This document shows positions 9,960 through 16,324 of a stretch of DNA of 64,000 bases, in pieces. Within the stretch, counting starts at the first letter, position 1. Each line of letters begins with the position of its first letter. The DNA comes from Bdellovibrionales bacterium (GTDB lineage: Bacteria > Bdellovibrionota > Bdellovibrionia > Bdellovibrionales > UBA1609), in contig OZ245336.1 in the NCBI GenBank assembly GCA_965226095.1, forward strand, positions 690,467-754,466. Reading direction: 5' to 3'. The translations under genes and the position numbers were made by a program. The notes under the pieces were generated by a model. It did not search any database. It had not been told where the DNA came from and worked only from the letters and a program-made list of their open reading frames with translations.

Positions 9960-10433
9960 ATGAAAACAAAATATTGGGCTTTCATTTTTTTTATGGCTAT
10001 TTCTTTAAATGTTCTATCTCAGGTTGCTTTGTTTTCCTCTTCGACCAGGCAATGGATACAAACTAAGGTATTTTCATCACATCACCCGGAAATTTTATCT
10101 GTGGTGAAAGGGGATCTTTTAAACGATGGTTCTTTGGTTAAAGTGGTGAAGTTTAGAACAGCAGAAGGTATTGTGTTGGAATTTTATTCAGATGGTTTTC
10201 ACGGTAATCGCTATCAAATATCGAGAGTGGTGTTACCTAATGCCAAAGATGGTTTTTTAAATCATAGAGGTGAAGCGGTTCAGTTGGCCGTGGCTGATTT
10301 AAATGGAGATGGTACGATGGAGTTGTTGTCACCTACATTTGATGATCAACTCATTGCTCATTTAAATCCTTTCAGATATTCTTCTGAACAAAGCGGATTT
10401 GTTCCTTTTTTCTTCTCTGATTCTTATAAATAA
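9960..10433 (+). CDS. Secreted hypothetical protein with an FG-GAP/VCBS-like DxNGDG motif
   Basis: 157-aa ORF with a signal-peptide-like N-terminus (MKTKYWAFIFFMAISLNVLSQ) and the motif VADLNGDGTMELL. I recognise no family. Confidence 0.55.
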   Translation: MKTKYWAFIFFMAISLNVLSQVALFSSSTRQWIQTKVFSSHHPEILSVVKGDLLNDGSLVKVVKFRTAEGIVLEFYSDGFHGNRYQISRVVLPNAKDGFLNHRGEAVQLAVADLNGDGTMELLSPTFDDQLIAHLNPFRYSSEQSGFVPFFFSDSYK

Positions 10434-10451
10434 TTTTAGATATTTTACAGC

Positions 10452-10829
10452 TTAATTTTTTGGCATTGCTGGCCATAGTTCAAATAAACATTCGCACCAG
10501 TACTTGGGCATGTCTTCAAAAAAATTCAAATGGATATTAAAATGACCATTTCCAGTGTGATGTGCTTTAGTAATAATGCCTTCCAGATCCATATTCATTG
10601 CAGGAATATACATTAAGATTTTTTTTCCAAGCAGAGGACTGAGATTTAAATGGAAACGAAGAGAGCGGGGAATGAGATCTTTATAGTAGAGACTTAAATT
10701 AAAACCATTGGGTGTGACTTTTGAGATAAAGGCTTTTTTGGCAATTAAACTGTTTTCTTCATTTGATAAGCCAATACAGGAGGCTTTGAATGTGAGTTTG
10801 TTGTTAGCTGTGACGTTCTGCTTGTGCAT
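10452..10829 (-). CDS. Hypothetical protein, possibly a degenerate PilZ-like beta-barrel
   Basis: 125-aa ORF lying 62 nt downstream of mglA on the same strand. It shows only weak resemblance to PilZ (the VTPNGFNLSL segment) and lacks the N-terminal RxxxR motif. Confidence 0.45.
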   Translation of the reverse strand: MHKQNVTANNKLTFKASCIGLSNEENSLIAKKAFISKVTPNGFNLSLYYKDLIPRSLRFHLNLSPLLGKKILMYIPAMNMDLEGIITKAHHTGNGHFNIHLNFFEDMPKYWCECLFELWPAMPKN

Positions 10830-10891
10830 TTCTCTACCTTGTTACTAAATTTATCGGCAACTAGACGAAAGTCTTTAAGAAAATTACACAC

Positions 10892-11482
10892 TTATTGAAA
10901 ATTACCTCCTTTTAAAAGTGCCAGCACCAGTTTTAGCAATGCTTTCAGGGCTTCAAAAACACCTTTTCCATCAGTAGCGGTACAGGAAAAATCAGGATTG
11001 TTGTAACAATTCAGCACTGTTCTCATTTCGTTAATAGAGCAAACATCGTCGAGGTCTCTCTTATTGTATTGTAAAACCATAGGGATTTTTTCCAGATTCA
11101 TACCCTCTGCGTCCAACAATTCTTTTAGAGTGTTAAAAGCTTCCAGGTTGCTTTGCATTTTCTCTTTTTGAGAATCAGCCACAAAAACAATACCATCCAC
11201 GCCTTTTAAAAGAAGTTTTTGCGAGCTTTCAAATAAGTCTCCACCAGGAATAGTGTACAAATGGAAGCAGGTTTTAAATCCACGAATAGTTCCCACTTCC
11301 AATGGTAAAAAATCAAAAAAGGTGCTGGGTTTTGTTTTTATTGGAATGGAAAAAGAGTCTGTTTGTTGATCTTTTGTATTTTGACTGAGCCACTTTATAT
11401 TACTGGTTTTTCCAGCGCCTTTTATTCCATAATACACCACTTTGCAGTGGATTTCTTTAGCATTGTAATTAAACAGAGACAT
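10892..11482 (-). CDS. mglA: MglA-family Ras-like small GTPase
   Basis: Near full-length similarity to the MglA I recall from Myxococcus: KVVYYG..GKT, FFDFLPLEVGTIRGFKTCFHLYTIPG, LLLKGVDGIVFVADSQ, VLQYNKRDL, GKGVFEALKALLKLVL. The start ATG shares one base with the recR stop (TAATG). Confidence 0.9.
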   Translation of the reverse strand: MSLFNYNAKEIHCKVVYYGIKGAGKTSNIKWLSQNTKDQQTDSFSIPIKTKPSTFFDFLPLEVGTIRGFKTCFHLYTIPGGDLFESSQKLLLKGVDGIVFVADSQKEKMQSNLEAFNTLKELLDAEGMNLEKIPMVLQYNKRDLDDVCSINEMRTVLNCYNNPDFSCTATDGKGVFEALKALLKLVLALLKGGNFQ

Positions 11483-12096
11483 TAAATCTCCACTCTGTTT
11501 TCCATAGCTTTGCCCAGTGTGTGTTCATCAATAAAATCAATATCTCCTCCGAAGGGAATGCCTTGAGCCAGTCTCGTTATTTTTATATTTTTATTTTTTA
11601 TAAGTTTTGTCAGGTATAAGGCAGTAATATCCCCTTCCATATCAGCATCCAGTGCCAGGATGACTTCTTTTATTTGTTTGCTTTGTATCTTTTTCATGAG
11701 AGAGGTAATGGTTAAGTCATCGGCGGTGATATTATTTAGTGGAGACAGAGTGCCATGCAACACATGGTATTCACCTTTGAATGTTCCTGAAGCTTCAATT
11801 TGAGCAATATCAAATGGTTCCTCTACAATACAAATAATTTCTGAATTTCTGGAAGAAGAGCAAAGATGACAAAGGTCTTCATTTTCCGTTAAAGTAAAGC
11901 AGTTGGAACATTTTTTTATGTTGTTCTTTATTCCCTCTAGCGCCTGTATAAATTTTTGAATATTAGTTACATCCGTTTTTAAAAGCCATCCGGCCAATCG
12001 GTTGGCGCTTCGGGGACCAATGCCCGGCCATTTTTTTAATTCATGAATAAGGTGATCTAAAGAGGGAACATGATGTTTATATTTCATAGGCTGCAC
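11482..12096 (-). CDS. recR: Recombination protein RecR
   Basis: HhH segment WPGIGPRSANRLA, Cys4 zinc finger CSNCFTLTENEDLCHLC, and a Toprim segment ICIVEEPFD...LALDADMEGD. Confidence 0.95.
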   Translation of the reverse strand: MQPMKYKHHVPSLDHLIHELKKWPGIGPRSANRLAGWLLKTDVTNIQKFIQALEGIKNNIKKCSNCFTLTENEDLCHLCSSSRNSEIICIVEEPFDIAQIEASGTFKGEYHVLHGTLSPLNNITADDLTITSLMKKIQSKQIKEVILALDADMEGDITALYLTKLIKNKNIKITRLAQGIPFGGDIDFIDEHTLGKAMENRVEI

Positions 12097-12131
12097 TTAT
12101 TTTTGTGCCGGTATTTTTTATGTTTGTCAAT

Positions 12132-13457
12132 TTATTTGGTGTTTAGGATGTCCGCTTCAAAGGTACTCTGGACTTTTTTTATAAATCGATGGTTTTGAAT
12201 ATCTTCTTCTTTTTGTGTCTTTGTAGTTTTGACTGTTGTTGTTGAGTGCACACTTTTTGGTTTTATTTCATTGGTCTCAGTAGAGGGTGTGTGTTTTTTT
12301 GTTTCTGAATTGACTGGTAGCGGTGGAACCACTTCTGTATGAGTTCCTAACAGATTTTCAATATAAGGGGCCTGACTCATTCTGAGCAACAGCATTTCCA
12401 GATAGATTTTTGTGTCTTGAATATAGGTGATCTCTTCACTGCCTTTTAACGCCATATCAAAGAGAAGATGAACTTCTTCCGGAGAAGTGTTTTGAATAAG
12501 CTCCTTAAGTTCTTTTTTTTCTTCGTTGGAAAGTGGAATCAGATTATCGATGCTGGAATCCTGAGGACTCAGTTTGAGTAATAATAAATTTCTAAGTTCT
12601 GTAATTAAATTTTTCAAAAACTGTCCGGGATCGCTGCCTTTTACATGTAGTTGATTGAGCAATTCAATGATTGTAGTGGAATCTCTTTGAATGAGAGCAG
12701 AGATTGCTTTTACCAATAAGGAGCGATCGGTTAATCCCAACAGGGTGCTGACATCCTGATCTTCAAATTGGTTGGGACAAAAAGCTATCATTTGATCCAA
12801 TAGACCTTGTGCATCTCTTAGAGAGCCTTGGGCTTCGCGGGCTAACATCCATATCGCGGCTTCATTGGCATTAATTTTTTCATGCTGACAGATTTTTTTC
12901 AGTTGTTCATAAATTAAGTGATGGCTGATTTGTCGAAACTGTAAAACCTGACAGCGGGACAGTACTGTATTGGGAATTTTTCTTAATTCAGTGGTGGCCA
13001 TAATAAAAATGACAGAAGGTGGTGGTTCTTCCAGTGTTTTTAACAGAGCGTTGAATGCGCTCACAGAGAGCATGTGAACTTCGTCAATGATATAGATTTT
13101 AAACGGTCCGGCTGGGGAGTAATTAATGGTTTCTTTCATATCTCTGACAGCTTCTACGCCGTTGTTGCTGGCTCCATCAATTTCTATGATATCCAAACTT
13201 CGACTGTTATTAATATCTTCACAGGTTTTACATTGGTTACAGGGAGTATTGTCTTTTATCTGAGGACAGCTCAATGTTTTGGCCAGTATACGGGCGCAGG
13301 AGGTTTTGCCAGTGCCTCTTGGACCGGCAAAAATCAATGCAGGATGTAAACACTTATCCTGAAGGGAATTCGTTAAAATACGAACGACAGGCTCTTGCCC
13401 AATTAACTCTTTAAAAACAGCTGGTCTCCATCTTCTGGCCAGCACTTTATAGGACAT
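12132..13457 (-). CDS. dnaX: DNA polymerase III subunit gamma/tau (compact, 441 aa)
   Basis: MSYKVLARRWRP N-terminus, Walker A GPRGTGKTS, zinc module CNQCKTCEDI, DEVHMLS, and the sensor motif SRCQ. Confidence 0.93.
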   Translation of the reverse strand: MSYKVLARRWRPAVFKELIGQEPVVRILTNSLQDKCLHPALIFAGPRGTGKTSCARILAKTLSCPQIKDNTPCNQCKTCEDINNSRSLDIIEIDGASNNGVEAVRDMKETINYSPAGPFKIYIIDEVHMLSVSAFNALLKTLEEPPPSVIFIMATTELRKIPNTVLSRCQVLQFRQISHHLIYEQLKKICQHEKINANEAAIWMLAREAQGSLRDAQGLLDQMIAFCPNQFEDQDVSTLLGLTDRSLLVKAISALIQRDSTTIIELLNQLHVKGSDPGQFLKNLITELRNLLLLKLSPQDSSIDNLIPLSNEEKKELKELIQNTSPEEVHLLFDMALKGSEEITYIQDTKIYLEMLLLRMSQAPYIENLLGTHTEVVPPLPVNSETKKHTPSTETNEIKPKSVHSTTTVKTTKTQKEEDIQNHRFIKKVQSTFEADILNTK

Positions 13458-13508
13458 ATTTAGAATAAAACCCTGTTTTTTTTATTTATCAACTCTTTTT
13501 TAATTTTT

Positions 13509-13814
13509 TTAAAAAGCTTTATAAGAGCAAATGGAAACGCAGGCAGAATTGCCCTGTACTTCTTTGGAGTGTCGGGTATTGGAAGGAATAATAATTTTGT
13601 CTCCGGTTCTAAGTAGTAGCCGATTGCCGGCAATATTAACGAGCAAAGAACCTTTGACAATCATGCGCACTTCATCAAAAGGGTGTTGGTGGTCGCCTAT
13701 TTTTTCACCTGGTTCGTAAATTTCTTCAAAATGCCTCAATCCTTCCCTCGCAAAAATTTTATGAATTTGTTCAGCAGTGGGCAGGATTTGTGCTTGCCAT
13801 CTATTAACTATCAT
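13509..13814 (-). CDS. Cupin domain protein
   Basis: Cupin motifs GDHQHPFDE and GDKIIIPSNTRHS. The track ORF extends to a TTG at 13853, which would leave only 27 nt to the divergent gene, so I prefer the internal ATG at 13814 (MIVNRW...). Confidence 0.7.
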   Translation of the reverse strand: MIVNRWQAQILPTAEQIHKIFAREGLRHFEEIYEPGEKIGDHQHPFDEVRMIVKGSLLVNIAGNRLLLRTGDKIIIPSNTRHSKEVQGNSACVSICSYKAF

Positions 13815-13880
13815 GATGACGGGAATTTTAGATGATTTTACCGATGATTTCAATATTTTTATCGGATATGATGCCAGAGT

Positions 13881-15095
13881 ATGTCGTATAAAAAATTTTA
13901 CACCAAATACAGTGAATTACTGCAGAAACAATATCCCTCCACAAGAGAGCTGGAACAAGCTTCTTCCTCTCTACCTTTGTGTCCTTTTGTGATTCCTTTA
14001 TCTGTTGATCTTTTTAAAGGTATACAAAAGGTTGTTCAGGTTTTGTATAAAATGGCGCATTCAAAAAGTTATAAAGAAGTTTTGCAAAAAAATATTTTGG
14101 AAAATGATATACAAGGATACTTTAATATACCGGTTTCATCTTCTTCTGTTTTAATGTCTTATGATTTTCATATCAGTCCGGATAAAAAGTTAAAGCTGAT
14201 TGAAGTGAATACACATTCTTCCGGGTATTTGGTGTCTGAGCTGGTGGATCAAGTGCAGGGCATGTTTGGTTTGTCTGAAACAGCTTTGGAATTTTTAAAA
14301 AAATCTTTCCAAACTGAATGGGAGTATTTTGCTAAAATTTCCGGACAATCCAACTCTCCGGATCGTGTTCTAATTGTGGATCAGCAGATTAAACAACAAA
14401 AAATGTATGTAGAATTTTTGATGTATAAAGATTTTTTTAAGAAATTTTTAGGGTGGCCCTGTGATGTGCATGAGGCAAAAAATCTGAGTGTGAATTCCAG
14501 TGGGTTGTTAAAAGATTCGAAAGGAGCAATTGCATCTATGGTGTACAGCCGTAGCACAGATTTTTATTGGGAAGATCAGGAATTATCCGCAGTGAAGCAG
14601 GCTTTTTTAAATCAAACATGCTGTGTGTCTCCTCATCCTATGGAGTATTTTTTGTTGGCTGATAAAGCGCGTTTATGTGATTGGTCTAATGAGGCGTTTT
14701 TGGATTCCATGGAATTAGAAGCAGAAGACAGGCAGTTGATTAAAAATATTGTTCCAAAAACTGTGCCAGTGAAGGGTATTTCTAAAGAAGATTTATGGGG
14801 CAATAGAAAGCAATGCTTTTTCAAACCCATGAGGCAATATGGTGGCAAATCGGTTTATAGAGGTAAAAATCTGACACAAAAGGTTTTTCACAGAATTTTG
14901 GAACAGGATTTTTTGTGCCAGGAGAGTGTGCCTCCTCCTGTATTTGTGGATCTAAATGGCAATCGCTGGAAGTACGATATTAGAGTTTTTGTGTATAAAG
15001 ATCAGGTGCAAAAACTGTCTGCTCGAGTGTATCAGGGACAGGTCACCGGTTTTAGTGTTCCAAATGCTGGTTTTGCTTCTGTGTCGGTGGAATAA
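13881..15095 (+). CDS. Hypothetical protein, ATP-grasp-like
   Basis: 404-aa ORF. The segments VLMSYDFHISPDKKLKLIEVNTHSSG and YDIRVFVYKDQVQKLSARVYQ resemble ATP-grasp ligase cores. I cannot assign a family without a profile search. Confidence 0.55.
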   Translation: MSYKKFYTKYSELLQKQYPSTRELEQASSSLPLCPFVIPLSVDLFKGIQKVVQVLYKMAHSKSYKEVLQKNILENDIQGYFNIPVSSSSVLMSYDFHISPDKKLKLIEVNTHSSGYLVSELVDQVQGMFGLSETALEFLKKSFQTEWEYFAKISGQSNSPDRVLIVDQQIKQQKMYVEFLMYKDFFKKFLGWPCDVHEAKNLSVNSSGLLKDSKGAIASMVYSRSTDFYWEDQELSAVKQAFLNQTCCVSPHPMEYFLLADKARLCDWSNEAFLDSMELEAEDRQLIKNIVPKTVPVKGISKEDLWGNRKQCFFKPMRQYGGKSVYRGKNLTQKVFHRILEQDFLCQESVPPPVFVDLNGNRWKYDIRVFVYKDQVQKLSARVYQGQVTGFSVPNAGFASVSVE

Positions 15096-15103
15096 TCGCG
15101 GTA

Positions 15104-15133
15104 CACTTCAATAAAATCAGTTATTTTGAAGTG
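15104..15133 (+). terminator. Hairpin just after the ATP-grasp-like gene (8-bp stem CACTTCAA/TTGAAGTG, 14-nt loop)
   Basis: Perfect 8-bp inverted repeat at 15104-15111 and 15126-15133, 9 nt after the stop codon. No clean T-run follows. Confidence 0.3.
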
Positions 15134-15169
15134 GTAGTGCTGGTTTTGCCTCTGTATTTTCGTCATCCC

Positions 15170-15220
15170 CTTGAAAAGCCCTTGAAAAGTCTCTTGGGGA
15201 CTTTTCAAGGGCTTTTCAAG
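15170..15220. repeat. Palindromic intergenic repeat, copy A (22-bp perfect arms)
   Basis: CTTGAAAAGCCCTTGAAAAGTC (15170-15191) is the exact reverse complement of GACTTTTCAAGGGCTTTTCAAG (15199-15220), with loop TCTTGGG. It is flanked by TCGTCATCC at 15160 and 15231. Related copies lie at 36570-36596, 57118-57148 and 55348-55375. Confidence 0.85.
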
Positions 15221-15290
15221 TTTTCGGTGTTCGTCATCCTTGCGTAGAAAAGTTTATCCCTGTGAAAACAGGGACAGGGATCCAGAATCA

Positions 15291-16037
15291 TTAAAAAGAA
15301 TCTTTTTTCATTCGTAAATTTTTGAATGTACTGAGTGTTGTTGCTCTTAGAAAGGGATTGGTTTTTAAATCTTCAGATAGTAAAAAAGGAATAGTGGATT
15401 TTTTTAATTTTCTTTGAGCTATTACCTGTTTCATTCGTTGCTTTAAAGATTGATTTTTTGGATCCACTGTTAAAGCAAATCGGCCATTTTTTTCGGTGTA
15501 TTCATGGGCACAATAGATTTCTGTATCTTTGGGCAGTTTTTTAATTTTACTCAGGCTATCAAACATTTGCTTATAAGAACCTTCAAAGAGGTAGCCGCAG
15601 CCCATGGCAAACAAGGTATCTCCGCAAAAGAGTTTTTTTTCCTTGGGAAACCAAAAGGCAATATGTCCAATAGTATGTCCAGGTAGAAATAAAACCTGGC
15701 AGAAGGTGCTTCCAAACTTGAAAGTATCCCCTTCATTGAGGTTGATATCTATCCCTGGAATGCGATGGGCGTCTTTCGTAAAACCCACCACTTTGCATTT
15801 CCATTCTTTTTTGAGTTCTTTGTTGCCGCCAGTGTGGTCCCAGTGATGATGTGTATTGAGAATAAAATCCAGATTCCAGTTTTTTTTACTTAAAAATTGC
15901 TGAACAGGTTCAGCGATGGAGGGATCTATAACAGCAGTTGTGTTTGTGGATGGATCGCGCAGAATATAGATATAATTATCTTCCAATACAGCCAGCTGAA
16001 AGACTTCCAGAGGTTTTTTTGTTTTGGATGAATTCAT
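15291..16037 (-). CDS. gloB: Hydroxyacylglutathione hydrolase (glyoxalase II)
   Basis: Metallo-beta-lactamase motif NTHHHWDHTGGN, LPGHTIGHI, and a C-terminal substrate-binding segment typical of GloB. Confidence 0.9.
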   Translation of the reverse strand: MNSSKTKKPLEVFQLAVLEDNYIYILRDPSTNTTAVIDPSIAEPVQQFLSKKNWNLDFILNTHHHWDHTGGNKELKKEWKCKVVGFTKDAHRIPGIDINLNEGDTFKFGSTFCQVLFLPGHTIGHIAFWFPKEKKLFCGDTLFAMGCGYLFEGSYKQMFDSLSKIKKLPKDTEIYCAHEYTEKNGRFALTVDPKNQSLKQRMKQVIAQRKLKKSTIPFLLSEDLKTNPFLRATTLSTFKNLRMKKDSF

Positions 16038-16097
16038 CAGGTATTATCTCCACTAATATTCATTTAGCTTTAACGTATAAGTTTATACACCTAATTA

Positions 16098-16225
16098 ACT
16101 TTATGCATCAATAATTATAAATTCTGAACATTAGCTATTTTTATTCATTAAAAAAGCTTTGCTTACGTGAAATATTTTACCTGGAAGTTTTGGAAAGAAC
16201 ATATGTAATTACTTTATGCATCAAT
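16098..16225 (+). promoter_or_regulatory. Pair of 15-bp direct repeats upstream of the TonB-dependent receptor (candidate operator sites)
   Basis: ACTTTATGCATCAAT occurs at 16098-16112 and again at 16211-16225, each preceded by TAATTA. Both lie inside the 287-bp AT-rich region between gloB and the receptor gene. Confidence 0.3.
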
Positions 16226-16324
16226 TAGCTAAGTCTTTTTAAGAAAATATGCTCTTTATAACTTGTCAATAATTGGAAAATATGTTCAATATTGCGGCAT
16301 TATCAAAATAAGGAGGCTCTACCT

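Noticed and set aside
12505-12530. An A8 run in dnaX (GAA GAA AAA AAA GAA CTT). A -1 slip on it would hit TAA after two codons, reminiscent of gamma-subunit production by frameshifting or transcriptional slippage.
   Set aside because: The site is near codon 316, inside the clamp-loader collar domain, so the truncated product would be non-functional. A8 runs are also common in this AT-rich sequence, for example in frr.
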